NCBI GenBank assembly: GCA_965287045.1
Contig: OZ336885.1
Coordinates: 62,248,001-62,312,000, forward strand
Reading direction: 5' to 3'
DNA length: 64,000 nucleotides
Source: Carcharhinus amblyrhynchos
Taxonomy: Eukaryota
In this document: piece by piece, positions 1 to 13,690 of the stretch
Layout: each line of letters starts with the position of its first letter
How positions within the stretch are numbered: the stretch's first letter is position 1
Program-made: the position numbers and the translations under genes
Notes under the pieces: model-generated
The model's database searches: none
Seen by the model: the letters and a program-made list of their open reading frames with translations, nothing else
Told to the model about the DNA's origin: nothing

Positions 1-1039
1 TCATTATAATGGGACAAAGTATTCAATAACCTCCCGTTACTTTGGTTACCAGTGGGGCCGGATGTAATAAACCCAATGCTTAAATGGGAAGTGCCATTGG
101 ATCACATCAAGCATGGGTCTAGATTTAAATTTCTTAAGATGACTCATCCATCGTTATGTTTACATAATGATAGAAAACATTGAGGAATCCATGAGGTCAA
201 GGGTATAAGAATTATTTCTATTCCGCCTCTTGGCTTGGTGAAACAAGGTTTCACGACACAAGTAGTTGTGTCATGGGGTGCAGACAGGTAAACTAAGAAA
301 AAAACATAAAAGCCTGGATAGTTCAACTAGGTTACAAATGGGTGCAATTTTGTTGTTGCAATATTCTTAGTTTTGAAAAGAGCATCCGATTTACTGACAG
401 AAAGTGCACGTGCGATGGGGCAGTTCATATACCAGAGGAGATTAACAGATACGAAAAATAATACAGTTGTGGCTACTTGAATTAACATAGACTGGAGGAA
501 GGTGCGTGCATGACTTACATATGATCTGGTGTTAGTGCTTCGCTCTGATTCATGCATAAGAAAGCAGACTGAAAATGTTGCACAAGATGAAGATTCACGA
601 GAATTGTACTTGCAATGAGAACAGATATTTGCATGAAGAGCTTGGAGAAGTCAGGTGAATTTTGTTGTGTATATAAGGCGGAACATGGCATACGATAGTG
701 GGATAGAAAATACCAGGCTCTCCATAGAGTAGAGAAAAGGAAACGTGCTCAACCGTGTTTAGATTACAGAACAGAGGGGTGCATTATCTCATTCAAATGG
801 CACAATGCACAGTTGTGACATGCGCATTTGTACCTCAGCAAAACGAACCCGGACGATCCCAGGTGCACAATCAGGAGCTGTGTTTTATGGCAATGGAATC
901 AAGAAATTCACATGGGAGAAAAGATGAATTGGCTGGAATTAAATATCGGAACTTGGGGCAAATTTGTGGAGAGGTGACACACTAAATGTATAATTCCGTC
1001 AGCTCCCTAAATGCTGTATGAATTTTAGAATTATTAAAA

Positions 1040-1330
1040 CCATCGCTGCTGCAGAGCAAATAACACTGATGTGTGGCATTGCCGAGGGACAGAGGTTCGA
1101 TTCCAAACTTGGGTGACTGTGTCTATGAAATTTGCGTGATCTTGCAATATCTGGATTTCTTCCAAGCATTCTTGTTTCCTCCCACAGTTCAAAGATCTGC
1201 ATATGAGGCGTTTTAGCCATGCCAACTCTTCCTGCAGTATCCAAGGTTGTGTAGGTTCCGTTGATTAGCCACGGATATATTCATCGAGTATCAATGGAGA
1301 GTCAGTGCAGATACATTTGAACAAATGACA
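1040..1330 (+). mobile_element. V-SINE (HE1-like) copy, diverged
   Basis: tRNA-like head (GGTTCGATTCC) followed by a degenerate V-domain (...GTTTCCTCCCACAGTTCAAAGATCTGC...). Confidence 0.7.
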
Positions 1331-1718
1331 TTTTTTTTCTTCTGCGTTGGAGAGACCGCAAGGTTTCTTGACCTATCAGCCTGGTATGGAGCGCATGTTT
1401 TCGAAATGCTTTACGAATATGCTCTTCAATGTGGGATGTTGTTTTATTTCCCATTGTTTGACAACTATAAAAACACAACCATGGGTCATTGATTGGTTAT
1501 TTGAGAACTGTGGAGTTGCACGGCCGATGAAGAGCCTGCATCACTTACTGCATGAGTAATAATTATGGGTGATTGACATGGCAATGAAGGAATGGTAATT
1601 TTGAGTGAAAGGATGCCTACGATTTTGGTATAACAATGAATGCACAGTCACTTGATGGATCTGAATTGAGTGAGCAGTCGAGTGAAGAAGAACATAAGGA
1701 CTAGGATCAGGAATAGGC

Positions 1719-2366
1719 TGTGAGCGCGACTGGGCGAAACGACCACTATGGACTCAGGGTGAAGTTCAATAACGGCACAGCTTTATTTTCTTTTTACGTC
1801 GAGGAGAAACACAGTCAGGACATACAGTCGGACTGTCCCTAAAGTGCTCTAAAGACACCCCCACAATGGGCTATAGTTATAACTGAACTCTGCGTTTCAA
1901 ATGCTGATCTTTTATTTACAGTATTTGACTTCAGCCATCCTGTTTCGATGTTTTCGAGTGTTGGAGCAATTGTTTTAAGTATGTATTAAACCTTTTTGTC
2001 TGGTTGGTTATCAATGGTCTGGAATCTCTGGGGATTGAACCATAGGTGTGTTATTGATCGCATGAGTTTTGAGAGGCCAAGGATGCTTTCTTAACTGTGT
2101 TAATTTTAGGTGTCTCCTTGGGTTGTTTGACTGGTTTAGAAGGGCTGATTTTGATGGGGTGGGGATGTGTTGTTTAATTTAGATCCTGTAGGTGCCAACC
2201 TGTCCAATTTCCCTTATGGGCTAGCCCTTATCTGCATTCTAAAAGCATGTTCTTGCCTACTGATCAGTGTCTGTTACTTTGTGATTTCAGTGGAGGTCTC
2301 TGAGGATAGTTTTAGTTTGCTTCCACTTTGTGAGCCCAATTTCATAAAATTTGTTGTCCAATAACA
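1719..2366 (-). mobile_element. Solo LTR (ERV/Gypsy type)
   Basis: On the minus strand it starts TGTTATTGG and ends CGCTCACA (TG...CA). TATA-like motif near 1872-1882 and AATAAA near 1783-1788, both near its 3' end. No matching TSD. Confidence 0.55.
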
Positions 2367-2535
2367 GTGTGATTCTCAGCTTGGGTCACTGTCTGTGTGG
2401 AGTTTGCACATTCTCCTCGTGTGTGTATGGGTTTCCTCAATCCAAAGATGTGCAGGTTAGGTTGATTGGCCATGCTAAAATTGTCCCTTAGTGCCCTGAG
2501 ATGCATGGATTAGAGGGATTGGTGGGTACATGAAT
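2367..2535 (+). mobile_element. 5'-truncated V-SINE (HE1-like)
   Basis: CTGTGTGGAGTTTGCACATTCTCC...TCCAAAGATGTGCAGGTTAGGTTGATTGGCCATGCTAAA core. Confidence 0.85.
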
Positions 2536-2552
2536 TAATATTAATTAATAAA

Positions 2553-2717
2553 TATGAAGGCAGACTCCAATTATTACTGTAAACCCCAAATGAGTTCAAT
2601 ACAGATTGAATAATAACAATATTCAATCCCCCATAATTATTACTCATGCAGTCAGTGATGCAGGCTCTTCGGCCGTGCAACTCCACAGTTCTCACTTACC
2701 CAATCAATGACCCATGG
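2553..2717. repeat. Patchwork of two inverted local copies (of 3947-4003 and 1479-1576) joined by a fold-back
   Basis: 2553-2609 is the reverse complement of 3947-4003 (3 mismatches in 57). 2623-2717 is the reverse complement of 1479-1576. GATTGAATA/TATTCAATC hairpin at 2604-2628. Confidence 0.9.
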
Positions 2718-5700
2718 CTTTCAAATGCTTCTTCAGTGAATGACGTAATGGTTTAGGCGCCTCGGCCCTGAATCACAGACCAACTGGAAGTTTGAATTAT
2801 TGATTTGAGATGAAATATGAAATGTTGATTAATATGAATTATTGATCAATCTGAGACCTACAGACCGAGAAGCACTCCTCCGGGCTATCTACTTGTGGCT
2901 TGCAGACCGAATAATTGGCAACTCTTCCGAGAGAAGGGAACTGTTCTACATCTCAGCCTTCAATTGTCTGACGTAAATTCCGAGTCTGGCTCCTTTGGTT
3001 TCAGACTCTGCCTTGAGTGAAAACATTCGCTCAGAATATATTGTGTTAAGCAGGTTTAAATAAAAGATCAATTCTAATTTAATACAAATCTAATTCTTCC
3101 GAAACATAGTATCTGATCTGTTCAGCATTTCGTCATAAAACAATCGTTCCGTCATTGAATTCATCCTGGTGAACCTTCTCTCAAGTCCCTCTGAAGATAT
3201 GATATATCCGATTAAATAAGGGGAGTGAAAATCTCACAATACTCAGTAGGTTACCGTATGTTTTTTTTAGCAAGATTTCCTTATTCATACTCAAATGCCT
3301 TTGAATAACAACATTCTATTAACCTTCGTGCGTTACTGTTGAGTGCCAGTATTCATTGTCTTGCATATAAATCCGCCAAAGATCTTTTATAATGCAGGAT
3401 CTGCCGCTTGTCTCCTTTCATATATCAGTTTGAATTTCTGTCCAACAACATCAGCTTCGTATTTCCTATATTATTTGTTTCCACATTTTTGCACAGTGAC
3501 TTAACTTATCAGCGGCACTTTTTAACTCGTTACATATTTCTCAAACCTTGCATTTTAAACATTTGTTTTTTTTGCAAAACAAAAATGCATGACAGGTTGT
3601 GCAATGGGGTGGTTACTTGTCATTTGAGCTGTTACTTGTCATTTGAGATTGAAGATCTTCTCTAGTTCTGCTGCTGAAATCTGAAATACTGTCTTTGGCA
3701 AATGAAGTGTTCCTACGGATTTCTGGGTTTGACCTTCGGAGGATGAATTTGCCTTCTTGGGACACTGGCCTTCTCTAATCTACCCCCAATTTTCGCCCAA
3801 AAAGTTTGTATATGATAACTTCTGTTTGTTGTCTTGTCTTTTTTCTGCTCTGATTGTTTATCGTGGGCCTGCCTCAGCAATCCTTAGCAATATGTCACTT
3901 GCTTTCCTCACACAGAGCACGTTTTAGGAAGCTAAGTTGCGTCTGATCAATCTGTATTGAACTCATTTGGGGTTTACAATAATAATTGGATTCTGCTTTC
4001 ATAGCCAAGTTCGCAACATTAAAAAGCTGTTTCCTGTTGAAACACCCACATTTATAGTTCGAGTTATAGTTGGGCTAAATCCCTCTTTGAACATGCACTG
4101 AACATATTGTCATCCCAAGTACAATTTCCGATCCGTCTATTATCTACATAAACCGTGGATTTTCATTCTCTGTATTCTGCTACAGATTATTTGGGCTATT
4201 GTTTAACTAAGATTACTTTAAACCAATTAGTGTGTCACTCACCCTTCCGTCCATTTAAATTCCTCATACACTTGGTGTTCACTACCATCGGCTGCAAATA
4301 TTCAATCGTTCCCTGTCAAGGAATCGCGTAATATTTACTACTCTGGCTCATGTAAATACTAATTTATTAAAATAATTACGCCATCAAAATGAAAAAAAAA
4401 AGATGAACATCTCAAATCTCTTAACTCATCCATGCTTTCTCACAAAGCCGATTTTTGGAGCTTGCGAGGCAACCGGCCTGATTTTTCAATCAACAGATGT
4501 TCATCTTTCATCGATGACGGTCATCATCAGTAGATATTGTCAGCGTTCCTCTCCCTGTAATAGATGGTTTTATTATTCTATGGCGTGGTGTTACCAGAAC
4601 AGCCAATGCCGTTGTACGACTACAAGGGAATCCCCATCTTCCTGAGTTACCCTCTCTTTTATATAATACATATATATTTTCCTAACTGTTTCATCCTCAC
4701 CCGCATCCTCTGAGGTTTGAGGATACAACGACATTATTACTACCACCACTATGGACATACTTTCGGAGTCTTCCACAACAGATTTACTGTTACTGTTTGT
4801 GAACTGAGTATCGTTTTATCAATTGTTCCCACGTTATATCAGCAAAATAAAAATAAATCATCTGTAATATGCACAAATGAACAATAATACATGTCACATT
4901 CCTTAACCAGCTGCGTCATACCTACTGGCATAATTACATTTTAATTGTGCGTACAATCTTGAACCCCACCAACCCCCCCCCCCCCTTTCCTTGGCTGAAC
5001 CTACGTCCCATGTTGCCTAGTAACCTAAAATATAAATTCAAAGTTCAAATGAACATTCTCATGGGTTCCCTGAGAGGTCACTGCCAAATCAGCTAAACAC
5101 GTACATTCATATGTTCTAGACAGCGAACAAACATTAATCAAGAAATTAGATCGATTGTTCCCAACGTTTAAACGTTCTCTTGGAATATGACTTCGCCCTC
5201 ATTCTTTTTAGGTTGATGCTTTACAACAATTTGCTCTGAGCTAAAATGAACAATGTGCCTCAATCATATTATTAACATTACGATATCAGCATACGCGCTA
5301 TATAAAGAAAACACAACTTAAAATTCCTTAATGCACCTCTTATGTGTAACTGAGTAATTGTTAGCTCATAAGCTTGTTTAAACCGTCAGTTGACGTTATG
5401 TCAGTAGTTCTGTCAGTGCATTACTGCCTAAACTATTCGTGCCCCCTCCCCCACGCCCCCGTACTGACGATGTTAGACAGCAGTACCTGTGACTGTGCCA
5501 CAATTACATCTCCTTGACATCATCTTGAACTTTGACTGCGGGACACGTGAGAGAGCCAAATGAAGCCATTTCAACCCACTTCATCAAAAATAAATGATTT
5601 TCATTTCTGAAGTGAATTATGCACCTTATCCAGCAAATAGTATCACTATGTTAAATTTTGAAGCGATGCCATGGAAGTGCTTTATGGTGCAATATTATGT

Positions 5701-5799
5701 ACTTTTATCGTGCAATTTCAAAAAAAGCTTCATCGACGAAAAGTCCCCAACCAGGCTCTTTGTAATAGAAGCGTTGCAGCTTGCCCTCAGCTGTATCAG

Positions 5800-8620
5800 A
5801 TAAAACAAATTGAACACATGATGAAAAACACTCCCGCGTTTTACAGCAGGATCTGTCATAATGGTGCTATTTACCGGAGTAATGGAAGATAAAACTTCTA
5901 ATGTCCGTATTTCCCTGGCAGTTGGGACGGGGGAATAAGAATGAGGAGCGAAACCAGGAAGGGATAGGATCCAGAGATTGTCGGCAGAATGAATTTGAAG
6001 AACGGTGAGAGAATATTGCGCAGGAGAAACTGGTGGGCTATGAAGACCAGGAGTAAGGTGCGCTGCCGTGTAGAGCATAGCATCAAGGATGCAAAGAAGG
6101 GACAGATGGATCGTCGAAGGTTATTGGGTTTAACAGAAGCAGGCCATGTGCTTGCTTGAGACCAGAACTTTACGTATGGAACAGGAAATGCGGCTAGCCG
6201 AACAAAACAGGAGGGACCTGCCCTCAACCTGGAGTGGGAAGTGTACAGATTTTGCCAGTGGTGTTTCCCAACTGAGGCATGGTAAGGGATGGTGTGGTGG
6301 GGTTTTGGCAGAGAGAAATACATGTCATGCGTCGATCCAATCATACCGCGTGTCTAGGGCCAACGTTGACCACGTACCTCGTTTTGTTTTTGAGGCGAAC
6401 GAGGTAAGACGATTTACACGGGTGTGAAGAAGGGTAAGTGTCTATAGAGTTAAGTTTGAGATCGTAATTGGAGCGTGAGATAATGTGTGCCAATGCCACG
6501 CAACTCAGCGTTTTTTTTAGACTCAAGGCGGATGTAGAGGCGGAAGGAGGGTGTCCGTTGTCGGGTGTCAGAAGCAGAGCTGCCCCGCTGTTTAGAGAGG
6601 GATAATGATTCTAGAGGATTGGAGCTGGAGTTGGTCTATGATAGCATGTAGATGGGGTTCCAGTCTTTCTTTGAGATATGTGTGCTGTGATGGGTCTTGC
6701 TACGAGAAGAGATGATTCGTGACGCTGGGCCTTCGTGCTTAGATTTTTGATCTAGTGTTTGCCTACTTATTTTTCCACATTTCTTTTTATTAGTTGTAGC
6801 TAGCAGTGCAAAACTTGGACATTCCAGCTCAATTTGTTCTCTGTAACTTCAGCATAATTGCCACATCCATCCGAATGGCAAACATTAAGTAATTACCTTT
6901 GCTGTAATTGGACAGTACCTGCCTTGGCCAAACTTCTAGGCTCAGTCTTGAGAAAAAAAATGTGCAGGGTGCCCTTAGCAGCGTAAGTGCATAGTAACTG
7001 ATGTGCAACGATGTCACTTACTTTGGCTTTTTCTGGAGCTGTACCTGCCGTAATGGCTGCCTATAAATGAACAGATACGTAGACATTTTTTTTTCTGTGT
7101 TAGGTAATTGGAGGACTAGTGGGATGGAAGCCGGAAGTGAGACAATGACTGTGAAAGTTGGGAAACCCTGGAAAGGGCTGGACAGAGAGCATGGGTGTCC
7201 CAGAGGAAGCAGTGATGTAATGGAGTGAATTTGAGTCTCCCTGAGTGGGATGGGGGACCGGTTGGGATGTGACCAGTTCGTAGAGGTCAACCCAAAGCAC
7301 ATCTGCAGAAAAAATAAGAGCTGGGCTATTATGCAGAGAGGGAGTGGGTCGAGGCAGAGTGCAAGATGCTGCCATATCAGATGGAATACACAGCTGGAAG
7401 TGGATTTTGGACCAGGTTGGGGAATGTTGCTTTGCTAGGATGGAAAAGGATGGACACGGAGCCAACAAGGTTTCAGACAGTATCTGAAGGAGAATAAGTT
7501 CAGTAGGAGTTTATGAAAGTTGAAGGGGATTTTCAAGGTGTGACTGGGTGCGGTATTAAACCAAAAGGGTGGTGCGTAATCAAATCAGAATAGGAGATGT
7601 TTGGACTGGAGGGAGGAAAAGAGCCCGAGTTCGGTTGGGAGAAGGTGTGCGTTCACAAAATGGGAATGAAGAGCAATTGGAAAAAAAATCAGATCCTTGT
7701 TGGACGGCAGTGTTAGGCTGGATTTGTTGGGTGGCATCTATCTGGGGCTTGTCGAACCAGAGCTGGGGATGTTGAAGCATAATTGGCTGTTTGCCTGAGA
7801 AGTAGAATTGGATTGTAACAATAGGCTGTCAGAATTGTAGAGGAACAACACAGCTTGCAGAGTGGTCAGACTGGAGGTGAAGGATTATCGTTGGGAGTGT
7901 TGGACTTCATTGGCAGATGAACCAGGCTGGCCGGATGGGGAAGCACATCACATCACGGAGTTCATAGCCGAGTGGTATTACCTCTAGACTATTAATGCAG
8001 AAATTCAACCAATGTTCTGGAGACTTGGGTTTGAATGCTGCCACGACAGCTTGTGGAATCAAAATTCAGTGAAAACTATCTCTAACTGAGAACCTATTGT
8101 TGACCATGAAGCCATTATCGATTGTTGAAAAAGAAAATCTGATTTGTCCTTCTTCTTTCGGGAAAGAAATTTATTACCCTTCCCTGGTCTGCCCCACATG
8201 TGACTCGAGAACCCCATCAGTGTGCTTGGCTCTAAAATGCCTTCAGACAACTAGGAAGGGCAATAAATCCTGGCCAGACAACGACGTCCATAATCCACCA
8301 TTAACACGAAAAAGAAAACATTTGGAGAGGAATTGCCCCAGAGTCGGAATCATTATGAGGCCTGGAGTGGTTTTTCGACTGATGACAGAAAGGCCTGATG
8401 CTTACACCATCCGGATTTCAGCAGGGTGGGGGAGGATTGACCTGAGCAAGATTCGTTTGTTGCATGCAGGGACAGTCAGACTAAAAGCAGAGAGACAATA
8501 TGATCCGGATTCAGTCTGGGAGGGGATATGCACTGGGGATAACGCTGTGTGTGACGGGATGAAGTGGATTCAGATTCACAGTGACCGTTGGACTTGAGAC
8601 GGTGCAGGGGCAATGGGCCA
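5800..8620 (-). mobile_element. Highly decayed non-LTR retrotransposon, L2-like, interrupted by a SINE
   Basis: Long G-rich plus strand; broken Pro/Ser-rich frames on the minus strand including SGFHP (cf. RT motif QSGFRP) near 7130. Confidence 0.4.
7965..8310 (+). mobile_element. tRNA-derived SINE (SacSINE1/DeuSINE-like)
   Basis: tRNA-like head (GTGGTATTA...GGGTTTGAATGC); 3' tail CAACTAGGAAGGGCAATAAATCCTGGCCAGACAACGACGTCCA matches the LINE tail at 42330-42385. Confidence 0.7.
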
Positions 8621-9003
8621 TTTTATGGCTGTATTAAGCTGTTTAGAAACTTAAGGTAGGTTTAGAAGTGACATTCTATCTCTGTCAGAGTAACAATCAG
8701 TATTAATCTGGCAAAGCCGTCCAAGCTTAGGAATATAAGTGACTTCCGCCAGTGTGGTCTAATATCTAATATGAAAGGAAATTATAAAGTTTTCCATAAG
8801 CATATCTTGAATGGAAGAGCTATGAGACATGGAATGGGCCGGAAAAGTGTCAGAACTCATATTTATAAGGATGAACAAATAGGTGCCAAATAATTTATTG
8901 CCAGCAGCATTTAAAAAGAAACATGGGTTGCAACACTTCATTGTGAATTGCATGGGACGTTCGTTTCTTCAGACAGTATATCTCGCTTTCCAATAAATTG
9001 TCG

Positions 9004-9075
9004 CTCTGGATGAACATTCACAATCTATGTCCCTCCCTACCCTTCCTCACTGTCCCCAACATACAGCCCCCATCA
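9004..9075 (+). pseudogene. Candidate 72-nt phase-1 exon (xLDEHSQSMSLPTLPHCPQHTAPI), unit 0; diverged duplicate near 9795-9870
   Basis: Open frame and perfect GTGAGT donor at 9076; the acceptor reads CG instead of AG. Confidence 0.4.
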
Positions 9076-10429
9076 GTGAGTTTCAAAGACCAAGTCGAAT
9101 TGCACTCCAAGTGCTTTTTTTTAAATTTTAGTTTTGTTTCATATAGACGCTTGACAAATTTTAGCAGTCATTCAAGTTTAACGGGGAAGTTCCGGGAATA
9201 TCTAAAGAGAAATTACTGTCAGATGGAACAAGTTATGCATATAAGTCTGCTAAAGACCTCTGAAACCCGAGAACAAAGCATTCCTTCCTCCACTGCACCA
9301 ACCGGTCGGTCCAAATAACACCAATGCACATACGGTTGAGATAGGAATTTCGGTAATAGCTGTTTCCTGAAGTGGCATTTATTGTCGTTCCTTCTTCTTT
9401 CTGTCGCTGGATGATATTTCGTATTATCCTTTTATAATGCCCAGCTCACACAGTGCCTAATTGAAGTACTGTATTCTCATAGGCCTAAACGAGGGGCACA
9501 TATTTCCTTTTGGCTTTCGTTAAGTAAAAAAAAACCTTCGATCGGTCCGATAAGAAAGCCATCAAAACATATAAACTCACATGATGTCCTGCCTAGTTCG
9601 TTAAAATTCCAATAACGTTTAGCACCTCCCTCCAAATTACGGTTTGTTTTTCATATCTTTGGCAGAAAAAAATTGTGTTTCTGCTGCATTCCTCAAACTT
9701 TTTTTTTTGATGATGTGGGCACCTGCTGACATGCAACCCTAAGTTCACTCTGAATTCTATGGGGTCGTATGTTCATAGCATGAGAAATTTATCGCTCTGG
9801 ATAAGCATACACAACCTACAACCTCCCTGCTCTCCCATACTGCCCCCAACGTGCTGCGCCATCCCAGAGATGTCATTCTCTTAGACTTTCTATAACTGAT
9901 TACAGTTCCTCTAGGAAAAATTAAAAAAAAAACACTGCCAGTTCACACAACACGTCGATCTTCTTCATCGCCCTGTGTGGTTATTGTTAATTGCGAGCCG
10001 ACATCTTGATATTAAATGAAGGCTAGATTGGTGCAAAGAAAACCTTTCAACTACTGGAAATCGGTAATCAAATCAGACCACGCTGGCAAACTCGCAGCAT
10101 GCCTGTCAACATCTGTAGATACAGAGAGGAATGCTACAAAATCGATATGACAAATTCATGCGGACTCCAAATGTTAACTCTGATTTTTGCTCCAGCATTG
10201 CCTCTAGAAATCTAAAATTTTACAGCATTTTCTGCAGATTGACTGGAAACACAGTTTTAAGTCAATCTGTCGTGTTAAATTGAGTCAACAGAGTTTTATA
10301 TGCTGTATGATGCGTGTTCAATGACTTAGATAAAGAAACATTTGGAAATACGCGAATGTTTGCGGTTATATTCGGCTGGGCCTGTGTTATTTTGGATATT
10401 ATTTATTAGTTATAAGTAAGGTTTGCATT

Positions 10430-10665
10430 AACAGCAACGAAGTTCCTGCGAAATCCCCCTAGTCGCCACAGTAAGACACCTGTTCAGGTCAATTCATCTA
10501 ATCAGCACATCTTTTCGACTGTGGGAAGATACTGGAGCACCCAGAGGGAACGCACACAGACCCGGGGATAATGTGCAAATTCCACACAAACAGTGATCCA
10601 ATCTGGGAATCGAATGCAGGTCCCTGGCGCTGTAAAACAGCAGTGTTAACTGCTGTGCCACTTTG
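10430..10665 (-). mobile_element. V-SINE (HE1-like)
   Basis: Reverse complement of the V-domain (CTGTGGGAAGATACTGGAGCACCC...GTGCAAATTCCACACAAACAG) and of the tRNA head. Confidence 0.85.
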
Positions 10666-11154
10666 CCGGTCAATTAAGTCATCGGTTTTGCTCTGTGAAT
10701 AACTATCGCCGTCAAACATTTGCAGTTATCGATCACCTAAATATGCAATAATTAGTGACTTATATATAGTCAAAGAAACATTCTTTTAGCATCAATGTTA
10801 AAGATGATGTGTGAACACCAGGGGTCGGAGTGTATTTCTCCTGCATAAATACAGAACGTGGAAAGCAGGTGGACAATTCATCAAGAGCCGGTCATCATGA
10901 AGCGAAACTGGAGGATATGGATTTAAACATTCCCATAGTGGTGATGTGCTTCTGCGCGAATCCAGAAATGGAAGACTGCATGACATTTTGTCAGATTTCC
11001 GAAACTTATGTGATGCTTTCTAAAAGATGAGTTTTTAAAGGAAAAACACACGTTCTAACTCAATTGTTATATTAAAATTGAAATAAAGGATACGCAAAAT
11101 GCAACTGATATAACTTACCTATCACGACACTAATTTATCGATGTTTTATTGCAG

Positions 11155-12984
11155 CAAAGAAGAATATCTTGAAAGAGGATGGTAAATGAATCTTGCAGAA
11201 TTTTTCTTTCATACCGAAAACAAAATCTGGACATTTTCCCCATGCTAGCCTCTGACCGGCTGCAAAATTATATGTGCAGCTCTGAAAGGGTGGCAAATGC
11301 AATCTTCAGTAGGGTAAGCCATACTGGGCGCCGTTTTGCTCTGTCCGTTAACATTCTCTAAGTGAACCAATGCGCTAAGAATACTGACGGCACAAATTCG
11401 AAGTCATCTCTGCCGTTCTATCGCTCAAGTTCCAAACAATGTAGTACAATGGATAATGCTCGACATTCACCACTGTTAGCAAATTAATCCTCCTCTGCAG
11501 TAACATGAAGAAAGTTCAGTTGTGTTGTTGACGAGTGCTGACATTTGTTTTTCCCTTTACAGAGAACAATTCCGCGAGGCAGCCGGGACCCAAAAAACCG
11601 TATGGGGGTAAGAATACTTAATCTCGCCATGTGGTTTGTCAACAGACAGTCCTGCTCACGTGCTTGTTTTGAAAAAACGCAGGCTATCTGGCACGCAGGA
11701 AACATCTGTTGTTACATTATTGCAAGTTATGCCTAGTGCCTTGTGAGGGCTAGCATGAAGCTCTCACCAAGTTCAATGTATGAAACATCTTAAAGATTGA
11801 TGTACGAACATTTTGTGCTGATGTTCAGAACAAAATCAAAACAAATGATAACAGGTCTGGAATAACCGTGCGATGCAATCACCAAGTAATCGAATTCAAA
11901 TTAATCAGGAGAGAAATAATAATTCCCTTTGCTTTAACTTCACACAGCTTGCAAAAACAAACCTCTTAAATGTCTATTGTTCAATTATCAACAATATGTG
12001 TTAAATTTTAAGGCAACATTTCAGCATTTAATTTGCTTAACGCTCCCACTATCATCATCTCAGTGTATCCACTCTCAACACATAGCACACGTGTAAAAAA
12101 GAGTATGATTACTACATACTGAGATAATTATGCGAGCTACGAGTATTTCCACCAATTAATATATCTAGTTCCGATTGACCATCGTACACTGAACACTCAC
12201 GAGCAGGTTGTGCTGTTCATGTTCTCATCTATGTTTACCTTTTAAATCAGTTTCCATCTCTCCGAATTAATTTCCTTGTTTTGTGCAACGAGGAATCCTA
12301 GTTCTTGTACGTTCCTTCGCCTTAAAAAAAAAATGAAGCTCACCTTTCAACTGTCATCAATTTTAGGTAGATCTTCTGGCAAAATAATAGAATCTTGTTT
12401 CTGGAAATCCCGCGCATTTCCCAGCGATACATACACACTCTGGCCCTCAATTTGAAATTTTACACTGAATGGCTTCTTCAATGAGAGACCTGTGTGAGCT
12501 ACTTAACAATACACGTCTCTCGTCGAAATCAGCATCTGGTATTGCATTATAACTTTGCATTGAGTTTTTCGTTCAGGTACAAATTATCGTCTGATTATTC
12601 AGTTGAAGTTTATGCGCGATGCTAAAATGTTTCTTCATTTTTCCGCTTAATTTGTTGAAGAGAATATTAATTTTAAGACAACATATTTCATAATTTGTGT
12701 ACGCAACCTAACCCTGTTGAAAACTATTGGGAATAGTGATGATTAACAGCCGTGTATTTTACACACATGACAACGTAGATATCGGATTAATACAATCGAA
12801 AAAAAAGAAAGAATTTTATGGCCCATGTTTCAGAGGTGAAAAATCTGAAATAAGAGTTAAGATCAAAAGGTACTTACCAAAAAGAAGACAAAGATTGTCT
12901 TTCTCGTTCGCAGAAGATTGACATTTTATTTCTTTTGCATTTTTTTTTCCATTCAGCGATTAATTCCGATGAATTGAGACACTG
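11155..12984 (+). pseudogene. Unit 0 exon cluster of an unidentified micro-exon gene: 11155-11181 (27 nt), 11249-11452 (204), 11563-11607 (45), 12834-12869 (36), 12957-12984 (28)
   Basis: Polypyrimidine-AG acceptors and GT donors at positions homologous to copies A and B, with the same lengths (204 = 192 plus an in-frame 12-nt indel). In-frame stops in the 204- and 36-nt exons; donor lost at 11453. Confidence 0.65.
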
Positions 12985-13474
12985 GTTAGGGAAAAAATAA
13001 TCGCTGCAATCAGAATATTTCCTTCATCAGTTCAGTTTTAAATGCATTAATTCATGTTCAGATTCAGTATTCGTGATCTAAACGAAGTTTGAGCGATTCA
13101 CAGTTCTCTGCACTTAATAACAAGAACATTTGATTCTGGATCATGGTAAAAGGAGATAATTCTGTATGGCTGATTGACTGAACATGTGTGAGTGAAGTGA
13201 TCAATGTAACCGCCTGGCGAGGAGATTATTCAGGAGGAACGTGAAGTATTAGGGCGCTGACAGGATGTATAGAACTAAAACACAGCATGGAAATGTGAAA
13301 GTCTGTGTTATTGAGCATGCAATCCGTTCAATATGCTGCATATTGCATTACCTTTTCAGTGTTTGCCTCACTGAGTGTACGCATGCGTTCATGATCGCTT
13401 GAATGTGCTTTTTGGAGACCACGCACATGCTTGAGCCAGTGGTTGATTAAACATCTATTTATACTTATTCTTAA

Positions 13475-13690
13475 GTGTATGTGAATGTTTGTGTGCGCGC
13501 GCGTGTGTGTGTGTGTGATTTGTTTGTGCGCGCGCACCTGGTTTTGCATGTCTCTGTGCATGTGTGCATGTGTTTCTGTTTGTGTCCGTGTGTGTTTCGC
13601 GTTCTCCTGTGTATTTGTGCATGTGGCTGTTTGTGTCTCTTTGTGTCTATGTGTGTGTGTCTGTGTGCACTTTTGCATGTGTGCAAGTTA
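13475..13690. repeat. Degenerate (TG)n microsatellite
   Basis: TG/CG dinucleotide run; explains four spurious ORFs. Confidence 0.9.

Noticed and set aside
1-5100. ERV env/gag remnants at 1-330 and 3600-5100
   Set aside because: No diagnostic motif recovered by eye; needs a translated HMM search
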